Of a stretch of 64,000 nt of DNA, positions 50,701-59,971 are shown in pieces (position 1 is the stretch's first letter; each line of letters begins with the position of its first letter). This stretch comes from Dendrobates tinctorius (lineage: Eukaryota): positions 31,434,001 through 31,498,000 of the forward strand of contig NW_027361688.1 of assembly GCF_039654945.1 (NCBI RefSeq), in the 5' to 3' direction. The notes under the pieces are model-generated. The model ran no database searches. It was not told the origin of the DNA and saw nothing but the letters and a program-made list of their open reading frames with translations. Position numbers and translations under genes: made by a program.

Positions 50701-53700
50701 GTGACAACTCTAGCTGCAGCTTCCCCCATCCCCCTCCTCCTCTTTCTTTTTCCTCTCTCGGCACACAAGCAGGTCACTGGCAGGTCAGCTCATCAGACAC
50801 TGCCTGCTGAGGGAGGAAAAAGAAAGAGGAGGAGGGGGATGGGGGAAGCTGCAGCTAGAGTTGTCACAGCACACAGGCATACTACACAGGAGGCGGCGCC
50901 CAGACACAATAGAGGCATGATGGACGGCTGGCAGACGGCTGATACAGGGGCATGCAAAACACAAGCTGCGGAGACACCATCACGTGTTTCTCAACGCAAG
51001 CAATGACTAGCCAGGTCTTTCCCCGGGAAGGAACAACCACGGGAAGGGCAGTCTCCAATGAAGGAAACCACCTATGCCAAAACGTATCCATCCACAGACA
51101 GCTGTTTCGGGGTATTGCCCCTCATCAGTGTGGAGTAGGAAACTGGCTAGTAGGAGCAATGCCTAGTAAAAGACTGTGAAAAATGAGGATTCAGGATGGG
51201 ATGGGCTACAGGAAAATAGGCAAGCAGCTTGGTGAGAAGGCAACAACTGCTGGTGTAATTATTAGAAAATGAAAGAAACACAAGATGACTGTCAATCTTC
51301 CTCGGTCTGGGGCTCCATGCAGGATCTCTCCTCATAAGGTAAGGATGATTCTGAGAAAGGTCAGAACTCCACACTGATGAGGGGCAATACCCCGAAACAG
51401 CTGTCTGTGGATGGATACCATGTTTTGGCATAGGTGGTTTCCTTCATTGGAGACTGCCCTTCCCGTGGTTGTTCCTTCCCGGGGAAAGACCTGGCTAGTC
51501 ATTGCTTGCGTTGAGAAACATGTGATGGTGTCGCCGCAGTGTTGGATGTTGATCTCCATGAGTTCATTCATCCTCCTTTTTCACTGGCTGATACAGGGGG
51601 ACACACCATACCTATGGGACACATTACAGGTATGAGGACCTATTTATAAAAGTCAATATTTCTGCGTTACTAGGGGTCAGAAACAGAATAGCCACCTTCA
51701 CAGAATGCAGCCTTAGTGCTGCTGAAGGTTGCTCTTTTACTTAAAAACACCCGGGGGGGGGGGGGGGAGGTGACAGGGTTCCCTTTAAAGTAAAAAGTAA
51801 CCTGTCTACCTGTAGTGTGTCCTAGGTGGTCTACAAGGTCTCATGCACACAGAGAGAAGGACATGGATCTGTAGTGTGAACTGGCGAATGTTCCCTCTGA
51901 AAGTGGTGTATTCTACCCACGTTCTTCTACACTAAATCATACCACACATATCCGCAGTAAGTCAGCCATGTCTGACCTTATCCTTAAAGGGGATTGTCTC
52001 ATACACAACACTTAGGCCAGTTTCACACATCCAACATTCACAGTCCGAGTATAGGCCGTGATGTATGGAGCTAGGCCGGGGTCACACGAGTATAAAAAAA
52101 AAAAGTCCAATCTTCATCCAGAAAAGTGGGACGATTTCTTCTCACTTGTCTTCAGTCTGCTGTCCGTATACAATCAGCTTTTTTTAATTACCGTAGTCAT
52201 TTACAGTTACCTATGCTACAGAATTGAAATGCATCCATAAATATCGGATGTCTTACTGATGGTCTGATTTTTTTCTCACACCTATCCGATTTCAGAGAGA
52301 AATCGCAGCATGCTGTGATTTTTTCCTCACACCGAATACAGCTGAGAAAAAAACCCCACAAAACTGCACGGCCTCAAAATTTGTCTACAGGAGTCCTGGT
52401 CGCACATGCTCACTACTGCTCCACTCACGGTCTACAGGAGTGCTGGTCACACATGCTCACTACTGCTCCACTCACGGTCTACAGGAGTGCTGGTCACACA
52501 TGCTCACTACTGCTCCACTCACGGTCTACAGGAGTGCTGGTCACACATGCTCACTACTGCTCCACTCACGGTCTACAGGAGTGCTGGTCACACATGCTCA
52601 CTACTGCTCCATTCACAGTATATAGGAGTGCTGGTCACACATGCTCACTACTGCTCCATTCACAGTATATAGGAGTGCTGGTCACACATGCTCACTACTG
52701 CTCCATTCACAGTATATAGGAGTGCTGGTCGCACATGCTCACTACTGCTCCATTCAGAGTATATAGGAGTGCTGGTCGCACATGCTCACTACTGCTCCAA
52801 TCACAGTATATAGGAGTGCTGGTCACACATGCTCACTACTGCTCCATTCACAGTATATAGGAGTGCTGGTCGCACATGCTCACTACTGCTCCATTCACAG
52901 TATATAGGAGTGCTGGTCACACATGCTCACTACAGCTCCAATCACGGTCTATAGGAGTGCGGGACACACATGCTCACTACTGCTCCATTCACAGTATATA
53001 GGAGTGCTGGTCACACATGCTCATTACTGCTCCATTCACAGTATATAGGAGTGCTGGTCACACATGCTCACTACTGCTCCATTCACAGTATATAGGAGTG
53101 CTGGTCACACATGCTCACTACTGCTCCACTCACGGTCTACAGGAGTGCTGGTCACACATGCTCACTACTGCTCCACTCACGGTCTACAGGAGTGCTGGTC
53201 ACACATGCTCACTACTGCTCCACTCACGGTCTACAGGAGTGCTGGTCACACATGCTCACTACTGCTCCACTCACGGTCTACAGGAGTGCTGGTCACACAT
53301 GCTCACTACTGCTCCATTCACAGTATATAGGAGTGCTGGTCACACATGCTCATTACTGCTCCATTCACAGTATATAGGAGTGCTGGTCACACATGCTCAC
53401 TACTGCTCCACTCACGGTCTACAGGAGTGCTGGTCACACATGCTCACTACTGCTCCATTCACAGTATATAGGAGTGCTGGTCGCACATGCTCACTACTGC
53501 TCCATTCACAGTATATAGGAGTGCTGGTCACACATGCTCACTACTGCTCCATTCACAGTATATAGGAGTGCTGGTCGCACATGCTCACTACTGCTCCATT
53601 CAGAGTATATAGGAGTGCTGGTCGCACATGCTCACTACTGCTCCAATCACAGTATATAGGAGTGCTGGTCACACATGCTCACTACTGCTCCATTCACAGT

Positions 53701-56700
53701 ATATAGGAGTGCTGGTCGCACATGCTCACTACTGCTCCATTCACAGTATATAGGAGTGCTGGTCACACATGCTCACTACAGCTCCAATCACGGTCTATAG
53801 GAGTGCGGGACACACATGCTCACTACTGCTCCATTCACAGTATATAGGAGTGCTGGTCACACATGCTCATTACTGCTCCATTCACAGTATATAGGAGTGC
53901 TGGTCACACATGCTCACTACTGCTCCATTCACAGTATATAGGAGTGCTGGTCACACATGCTCACTACTGCTCCATTCACAGTATATAGGAGTGCTGGTCA
54001 CACATGCTCACTACTGCTCCATTCACAGTATATAGGAGTGCTGGTCGCACATGCTCACTACTGCTCCATTCACAGTATATAGGAGTGCTGGTCACACATG
54101 CTCACTACTGCTCCATTCACAGTATATAGGAGTGCTGGTCGCACATGCTCACTACTGCTCCATTCACAGTATATAGGAGTGCTGGTCGCACATGCTCACT
54201 ACTGCTCCAATCACAGTATATAGGAGTGCTGGTCACACATGCTCACTACTGCTCCATTCACAGTATATAGGAGTGCTGGTCGCACATGCTCACTACTGCT
54301 CCATTCACAGTATATAGGAGTGCTGGTCACACATGCTCACTACAGCTCCAATCACGGTCTATAGGAGTGCGGGACACACATGCTCACTACTGCTCCATTC
54401 ACAGTATATAGGAGTGCTGGTCACACATGCTCATTACTGCTCCACTCACGGTCTATAGGAGTGCTGGTCACACATGCTCACTACTGCTCCATTCACAGTA
54501 TATAGGAGTGCTGGTCACACATGCTCATTACTGCTCCAATCACAGTATATAGGAGTGCTGGTCACACATGCTCATTACTGCTCCAATCACAGTATATAGG
54601 AGTGCTGGTCACACATGCTCACTACTGCTCCATTCACAGTATATAGGAGTGCTGGTCGCACATGCTCACTACTGCTCCATTCACAGTATATAGGAGTGCT
54701 GGTCACACATGCTCACTACAGCTCCAATCACGGTCTATAGGAGTGCGGGACACACATGCTCACTACTGCTCCATTCACAGTATATAGGAGTGCTGGTCAC
54801 ACATGCTCATTACTGCTCCACTCACGGTCTATAGGAGTGCTGGTCACACATGCTCACTACTGCTCCATTCACAGTATATAGGAGTGCTGGTCACACATGC
54901 TCATTACTGCTCCAATCACGGTCTGTAGGAGTGCTGGTCGCACATGCTAACTACTGCTCCATTCACAGTATATAGGAGTGCTGGTCACACATGCTCACTA
55001 CTGCTCCACTCACGGTCTATAGGAGTGCTGGTCGCACATGCTCACTACTGCTCCACTCACGGTCTATAGGAGTGCTGGTCGCACATGCCAACTACTGCTC
55101 CATTCACAGTATATAGGTGTGCTGGTCACACATGCTCATTACTGCTCCAATCACGGTCTGTAGGAGTGCGGGTCGCACATGATCACTACAGCTCCAATCA
55201 CGGTCTATAGGAGTGCGGGACACACATGCTCACTACAGCTCCAATCACGGTCTATAGGAGTGCTGGTCGCACATGCTCACTACTGCTCCATTCACGGTCT
55301 ATACGAGTGCTGGTCGCACATGCTCTCTACTACTCCATTCACAGTATATAGGAGTGCTGGTCACACGTGCTCATTACTGCTCCAATCACGGTCTGTAGGA
55401 GTGCTGGTCGCACATGATCACTACAGCTCCAATCACGGTCTATAGGAGTGCTGGATACACATGCTCACTACAGCTCCAATCACGGTCTATAGGAGTGCTG
55501 GTCGCACATGCTCACTACTGCACCATTCACGGTCTATACGAGTGCTGGTCGCACATGCTCTCTACTGCTCCATTCACGGTCTATAGGAGTGCTGGACACA
55601 CATGCTCACTACAGCTCCAATCACGGTCTATAGGAGTGCTGGTCACACATGCTCATTACTGCTCCATTCACGGTCTATACGAGTGCTGGTCGCACATGAT
55701 CACTACAGCTCCAATCACGGTCTATAGGAGTGCGGGACACACATGCTCACTACTGCTCCATTCACGGTCTATAGGAGTGATGGTCACACATGCTCACTAC
55801 TGCTCCATTCACGGTCTATACGAGTGCTGGTCGCACATGCTCTCTACTGCTCCATTCACGGTCTATACGAGTGCTGGTCACACATGCTCATTACTGCTCC
55901 AATCACGGTCTGTAGGAGTGCTGGTCGCACATGCTCACTACTGCTCCATTCACGGTCTGTAGGAGTGCTGGTCGCACATGCTCACTACTGCACCATTCAC
56001 GGTCTATAGGAGTGCTGGTCGCACATGCTCTCTACTGCTCCATTCACGGTCTATAGGAGTGCTGGACACACATGCTCACTACAGCTCCAATCACGGTCTA
56101 TAGGAGTGCTGGTCACACATGCTCATTACTGCTCCATTCACGGTCTATACGAGTGCTGGTCGCACATGATCACTACAGCTCCAATCACGGTCTATAGGAG
56201 TGCGGGACACACATGCTCACTACAGCTCCAATCACGGTCTATAGGAGTGATGGTCACACATGCTCACTACTGCTCCATTCACGGTCTATACGAGTGCTGG
56301 TCGCACATGCTCTCTACTGCTCCATTCACGGTCTATACGAGTGCTGGTCACACATGCTCATTACTGCTCCAATCACGGTCTGTAGGAGTGCTGGTCGCAC
56401 ATGCTCACTACTGCTCCATTCACGGTCTGTAGGAGTGCTGGTCGCACATGCTCACTACTGCTCCATTCACGGTCTATAGGAGTGCTGGTCGCACATGCTC
56501 ACTACTGCTCCATTCACGGTCTATAGGAGTGCTGGTCGCACATGCTCACTACTGCTCCATTCACGGTCTATAGGAGTGCTGGTCACACATGCTCACTACT
56601 GCTCCAATCACGGTCTAAAGAAGTGCTGGTCACACATGCTCACTACTGCTCCATTCACAGTATATAGGAGTGCTGGTCGCACATGCTCTCTACGGCTCCA

Positions 56701-59479
56701 CTCATGGTCTATAGTAGTGCTTGCTGGTCACACATGCTCACTACAGCTCCAATCACGGTCTATAGTAGTGCTCATCACAGATGCTCACTACTGCTCTAAC
56801 CACGGTCTATAGGAGAGTTGGTCGCACATGCTCACTACAGCTCCATTAATAATAATAATCTTTATTTTTATATAGCGCTAACATATTCCGCAGCGCTTTA
56901 CAGTTTGCACATATTACCATCACTGTCCCCGATGAAGCACACAATCTACATTCCGTATCAGTATGTGTTTGGAACGTGGGAGAAAACCCACGCAAACACG
57001 GGGAGAACATACAAACTCCTTATCACGGTCTATAGGACTGCTGGTCGCACATGCTCACTACTGACTTTGGACATTCTGTTCTCTGGTTCGGTGAAGGTCT
57101 CGGCATCAGTACAACTATTTATCATCTACACTGAGTGCGAGACCAAATTATCAGTTGGGGTCATCTCAAAAAGGAGCACGGTGGCTGTAGTGCTGAGGTC
57201 CTGTGTTCAAATCCCACCAAGGACAACATCTGCAAGGAGTTTGTATGTTCTCGCCGTGGTTGTATGGGTTTCCCTCTACACTCCAGAGACATACTGATTG
57301 GGAATGTAGATTGTGGGGACCATGATGATGGCAGTAAGGCGATGTGCAATATGATGGCGCTATGTAAATAAGTAAGCAAAGTAGATAAAAAGTTGCATAA
57401 GTTACTTTCCCACAATAAAAATAAAAATGCAGAGTAACTAAAATGTATTCATGCGGACGATCGGTAACATTTCTAAGGCTGGCTATTCTAAATTAGGAAC
57501 CACTGGCAACTAAATAATCGATTACTAGAATGTAATCTGCTATCACAATTCCTCAGAGCTCTGTGATAATAGCGGAGAGTGCGGGGGCGTAGTAGTGTGT
57601 CTGTATATACATGTGTGAGCATGTGCGGAGCAGCGCAGGTCAGCTCTGCCATGACTGTATCGCTGAAAACAGCCAGTGCACATTCCTGCCCATCAACACA
57701 GAGCTGAGCAAAGGAGCCAGCCACAATGACCCAGCTGTTAGGAAGGGCAAGCCAGCAATAGCAGGTTGGCATTAAACCTCTAAAGTCGTCCCCTAGACAT
57801 CCTCACTTCCGTGTGCCAGGTCCTGTCATCAACCAGCGACAGATTTATAAGTGGGAAGTTGCCGTAGAGAAAAATAAATGCAGATTTCAACTTTTGGGAA
57901 ATCACAAGGCGCACTATGAGCGTATCAGACCGCTGCCCCATGGACATTCAGCAATGGCAATAGAAATGTAGATTTCGCCTCTAGTGTGCCCCAACCACGG
58001 GTGCCCGCATATTGCCCATCACTGCAGTCAACAGCAGGAATGCTGCAATCCCGTTACCAAACTGGCTAAATTAGAAAAACACCAAAAAGGTCCAGTCCAT
58101 TGGTGTATTTGTGCATTTTATTTGCCTTATTTTTGTTGCTTTTCACCTATTTTTCAATAGCGCCTTTTTTAAAGCCTATTTTCTATGTGTACACCCTTTA
58201 TTGTTTTTTTTTTTTTTTTTTGGTTTCCATATATGTTGCTCGTCTGCAACTTTTTAAAAATTCACTACAAATGTGCTCTAGAGTGATTTTATAACTAAAG
58301 GGGTATTCATATCTCCAAGAGCCTATCCCAATATGTAGCAGGTGTAACAATAATAATAGCAAATACCTCCAATTAGAAAGGTAGTATAGTTCTTCTGATT
58401 CGCTATGTCGTTTGCCCCATGTACAGGGCATTGCAGGACCTTGGGTATCCATGGTTATGACCACTCATATAGTGACAGTTAGCTCTTAGTGGTCGTAACT
58501 ATGGATACCTAAGCTACTACAACGTCCTGCACATGGGGTGAGCGACATAGCGAATCAGAAGAACTATACTACATTTCTAATTGGAGATATTTGCGAGTAC
58601 TAGCATTATTACACCTACTACATATTTAAATACGGTCTTGGAGATGGGAATACCCTTTTAAGTCTGCAATTTTAGTGCAAATTTTACATTCTCTAAGCCA
58701 AACCCTTGCTGGAGTAAGATCTGTGGCGCAGCAAACGCCGCCGCTTATCAAGCAGTGGTCAACTTGCCTCCCACCCCTCCCCAGCCCATTTTGCTGGAAC
58801 TGGGAGAAACTGGCATCGAAAAGTTGCAACTCCGACTTACACCTAAATTTTGAGACTTTTCATAGCTTTTATAAATTCTTTGATAAATCGGGCATAGGGT
58901 TCTTGTGCCTCCTGGCTTATCCACGACCCCACCATAATATACAGAATTCTGTCAATCAATGGTGCGGGCGGTGATATACACGGCTCAGCATTCAGAGTTC
59001 TGCAGCAGAGAAAACTGTGATTCTATCACAACTGCTGCACCCAGTAACCTAAGTGATACATCGCTGGAATCAGGGTCTCTGCCCCTACATCATGCTGATC
59101 TCAGATTACATAGCAAAAACTTGCAGACAGATTACTTCTACTACACCCTCCATCAGTACACCCCCTTTATCGCAGAGATGCCTTTGACGGTCTAAAATCC
59201 CCTCCCACCTAAGGGCACCTATGGCCAGCTATGCCCCCCTGTCTCCTAGCCTAGGGTCACTTTCATTTCCATAGGCTGATGGCGTCACTGCTGCCCCCCC
59301 CTGCACACATCACCTGTGCTGGAGGGGAATGGGTTAATGTCCTGCACAGAGTTAACCCCTTCCCTGCATGGCAGCTAACGTTAGGGCTTAGCTTCCTCTA
59401 TGGGGACACCAGCAGAGGAGGACAGTACCTTCTTCCTGGCTCCATGGAAGCAGCAGATTTTGCTGGCCTTGCAGCCCAT
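20539..59479 (-). CDS. ccdc69: Coiled-coil domain-containing protein 69; spliced CDS of 9 exons, 858 nt, 285 aa
   Basis: Exons 59429-59479, 35179-35224, 33699-33835, 33153-33240, 30676-30716, 29789-29890, 24043-24162, 23001-23098, 20539-20713 join in frame with GT-AG introns. Diagnostic motifs: MGC N-terminus, [39 protein letters not shown]. Confidence 0.93.
22375..22765. mobile_element. T2/Kolobok-type MITE in ccdc69 intron 8
   Basis: AGGGAACCTGTCA … TGACAGGTTTCCT|TTAA, with internal inverted symmetry. Confidence 0.75.
23001..23098 (-). CDS. ccdc69: ccdc69 exon 8 ([33 protein letters not shown])
   Basis: 98 nt, CAG|…|GTGAG, phase 0/2. Confidence 0.92.
24043..24162 (-). CDS. ccdc69: ccdc69 exon 7 ([40 protein letters not shown])
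   Basis: 120 nt, AAG|…|GTGAGT; the most conserved CCDC69 block. Confidence 0.95.
24398..25106. repeat. 30-bp GC-rich minisatellite (CCAGCTCAGTGCTTCGAGGGGGCCGGCCAG), ~23 copies
   Basis: Direct tandem array. The long ORFs over it are by-products of the repeat. Confidence 0.95.
25367..25407 (-). ncRNA. Minimal hammerhead ribozyme in the PLE left arm
   Basis: TAGC-CTGATGA-A-GAGAC-ctgagta-GTCTC-GAAA-GCTT-GCAA on the minus strand. Confidence 0.7.
26790..28273 (+). pseudogene. 5'-truncated Penelope RT-GIY-YIG ORF with a premature stop
   Basis: ORFs 26816-27220 and 27323-28273 are one frame broken by TAG where Trp is expected after DDILII. Confidence 0.9.
28495..28535 (+). ncRNA. Minimal hammerhead ribozyme in the PLE right arm
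   Basis: TAGC-CTGATGA-A-GAGAC-ctgagta-GTCTC-GAAA-GCTT-GCAA. Confidence 0.7.
28732..29114. mobile_element. Older T2/Kolobok-type MITE
   Basis: TTAA|AGAGGACCTGTCACCAG … CTGGTGACCGATGCTT|TTAA; degenerate palindrome. Confidence 0.6.
29789..29890 (-). CDS. ccdc69: ccdc69 exon 6 ([34 protein letters not shown])
   Basis: 102 nt, TTTTATAG|…|GTAC, phase 0/0; aligns with the ET…SQLE…EES…HI segment of CCDC69. Confidence 0.9.
30119..30658. mobile_element. Young, near-perfectly palindromic T2/Kolobok-type MITE in ccdc69 intron 5
   Basis: TTAA|AGGGAATCTGTCA … TGACAGATTCCCT|TTAA; ~200-bp arms nearly identical. Confidence 0.9.
30676..30716 (-). CDS. ccdc69: ccdc69 exon 5 ([14 protein letters not shown])
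   Basis: 41 nt, strong pyrimidine tract TTTTTCCCTACAG, donor GTAAGA, phase 1/0; EQEK motif. Confidence 0.85.
30878..32463 (-). mobile_element. Near full-length, decayed Tc1-like DNA transposon (~1.6 kb) in ccdc69 intron 4
   Basis: TA|CAGTCATGCCCAAAAGTGTTGGCACC … GGTGCCAACACTTTCGGCCATAACTG|TA with ~200-bp TIRs. Minus-strand remnants FQQDHDPKH and [11 protein letters not shown]. Confidence 0.92.
32656..32904 (-). mobile_element. tRNA-derived V-SINE-like element
   Basis: A box TGGCTCAGTGG, B box GGTTCAAATCC, V-domain-like core, (TAA)n tail. Confidence 0.8.
33153..33240 (-). CDS. ccdc69: ccdc69 exon 4 ([29 protein letters not shown])
   Basis: 88 nt, TTGCAG|…|GTAAAT, phase 0/1. Confidence 0.88.
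33699..33835 (-). CDS. ccdc69: ccdc69 exon 3 ([46 protein letters not shown])
   Basis: 137 nt, TTGTAG|…CAG|GTGCGT, phase 1/0; coiled-coil sequence. Confidence 0.88.
34466..34750 (-). mobile_element. Full-length V-SINE-like element
   Basis: GGGCAGCACGGTGGCTCAGTGG head, V-domain GCGTGGGTTTCCTCC, L2-like 3' tail and (TAT)n end. Confidence 0.85.
34777..34821 (-). ncRNA. Type I hammerhead ribozyme
   Basis: TTTGCA-CTGATGA-GGGGCAACATCCT-GAAA-CACGGTG-TC-TGCAAA: 6-bp helix I, intact cores, GUC triplet. Confidence 0.85.
35179..35224 (-). CDS. ccdc69: ccdc69 exon 2 ([15 protein letters not shown])
   Basis: 46 nt, TTTAG|…|GTGAGA, phase 0/1. Confidence 0.8.
35660..36010. mobile_element. CCGCA/TGCGG-rich MITE (Harbinger-like family), one end truncated
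   Basis: Ends GCGTGTGCACACAGCC|TTA; same family as 42912-43224 and 62718-63074. Confidence 0.7.
36204..36804. mobile_element. Probable old solo LTR
   Basis: Starts TGTCAC, ~600 bp, with a pyrimidine-rich 3' half typical of Gypsy LTRs. The 3' CA end and TSD are not clean. Confidence 0.4.
39615..40180. repeat. Degenerate ~30-bp tandem repeat (CCCCATAGTCCTCCATATAGTATAATGCA)
   Basis: Repeating TAGTATAATGCA units that shorten towards the right. Confidence 0.75.
40408..40600 (+). mobile_element. Old, deleted V-SINE-like copy
   Basis: TGGCTCAATGG A box and GTTTGTATGTTCTCCCCGTGTTTG core. Confidence 0.65.
41659..42209. repeat. 33-bp minisatellite (GGCAAAAGCCCATCTCCAGCCAAGGTCAGCCTC), ~17 copies
   Basis: Direct tandem array; the last five units switch to a variant. 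Confidence 0.95.
42912..43224. mobile_element. Harbinger-like MITE nested in another MITE (~42885-43400)
   Basis: TAA|GGGTGTGTGCACACGCTGCGG … CCGCAGCGTGTGCACACACCC|TAA (3-bp TSD). Confidence 0.85.
45448..45790. mobile_element. Penelope-like foldback mini-insert (inverted ~90-bp arms, ~125-nt tail) with TSD
   Basis: 45467-45555 is inverted at 45580-45667. TSD TC(G/A)ATATACAGAAAT at 45433-45447 and 45791-45805. Confidence 0.7.
46600..47453 (+). mobile_element. Possible solo LTR
   Basis: TATAAG at ~46952, AATAAA at ~47320, ends TTACA. 5' end and TSD not resolved. Confidence 0.35.
48155..49112. repeat. Modular tandem repeat (GCACATCAATGCCCCTGGAGCACCC…AGGACCCTCACTGCCCAT), units of variable length
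   Basis: Recurrent modules, with optional CCTGAAGCACCCAGGAC inserts. Confidence 0.9.
51091..51134 (-). ncRNA. Type I hammerhead ribozyme (sense to the ccdc69 pre-mRNA)
   Basis: Exact inverted copy of 51368-51411. Confidence 0.88.
51196..51365 (+). mobile_element. Tc1 transposase N-terminal (HTH) coding fragment
   Basis: Translates [55 protein letters not shown]; no TIRs. Confidence 0.8.
51368..51411 (+). ncRNA. Type I hammerhead ribozyme
   Basis: TCCACA-CTGATGA-GGGG-caata-CCCC-GAAA-CAGCTG-TC-TGTGGA: perfect helices I and II, palindromic helix III, GUC cleavage after 51405. Confidence 0.9.
52383..56846. repeat. 47-bp satellite array (~95 copies) in ccdc69 intron 1
   Basis: Unit AGGAGTGCTGGTCACACATGCTCACTACTGCTCCATTCACAGTATAT. 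One more unit follows a SINE at ~57021-57063. Confidence 0.97.
56847..57020 (-). mobile_element. 5'-truncated V-SINE-like copy inserted in the last satellite unit
   Basis: Matches the 3' half of 34466-34750. Confidence 0.8.
57173..57373 (+). mobile_element. V-SINE-like copy
   Basis: GCACGGTGGCT head, GTTCAAATCC B box, GGAGTTTGTATGTTCTC core. Confidence 0.75.
58279..58657. mobile_element. Palindromic T2/Kolobok-type MITE
   Basis: AGGGGTATTC.ATCTCCAAGA … TCTTGGAGATGGGAATACCCTT|TTAA; long inverted arms. Confidence 0.8.
59429..59479 (-). CDS. ccdc69: ccdc69 exon 1, coding part ([17 protein letters not shown])
   Basis: Kozak GTCATGG, MGC…KK as in CCDC69, phase-0 donor AAG|GTACTG, GC-rich context. 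Confidence 0.88.
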
Positions 59480-59971
59480 GACTGCCCCCCAGGTTTTGCA
59501 GGCAGCAGTGTGTGGGTCACATCTTGCCCCGTGGTGTCTCCTTCCTGTGGCTGCTCAGGCTCCTCCGCTCTCAGCTGCACAAACTCCTCACAAAACTTCA
59601 GGCAACGCTAAAACTATTGTGGCCGTAATTAGCAGAATAGCTGCGCAGCAGAGTCTGGAGGGGAAGGGCCCCAGGTGACAGCTGCTGCCTGTGCACTGAC
59701 ATGTCTATTGCAGGCTGGAGGCTCCCTGCCCTGGCACAGGGTGTTGTCTGCTTGGAGCCTGGTACAGGGGCTCTGGCAGTGCCCAGGGTTTACCATCTCT
59801 ATGAGGTTTTTTAAGGCGGTATTTCAAGTAGAAATCACTTCAGGCAATGCTCCTGTGTGGTGTTTTTTTCTGGACCTTCAATGTTTTGTTAACATTTCCA
59901 TAAGTATTTTTTTGTGTTGTTTTTTTCTTTTGTCACACTTCGTACAAATGTATTAACCATAAAATGCCTGC

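Larger units (their letters stand above)
50951..51585. mobile_element. Inverted PLE/retrozyme insert with two hammerheads, an internal Tc1 fragment and a 14-bp TSD
   Basis: TSD GGCTGATACAGGGG at 50937-50950 and 51586-51599. Arms 50966-51136 and 51366-51539; tail 51540-51585. Confidence 0.85.
50445..51784. mobile_element. Palindromic T2/Kolobok-type MITE carrying a nested PLE-type insert
   Basis: TTAA|AGGGAACCTGTCACC … GGTGACAGGGTTCCCT|TTAA. The arm 50445-50760 pairs with 50812-50950 plus 51590-51784. Confidence 0.88.

Noticed and set aside
52315-56812. Regular repeat array (CRISPR-like periodicity) and its ORFs
   Set aside because: No unique spacers, no cas genes, eukaryotic context; it is a plain 47-bp satellite.
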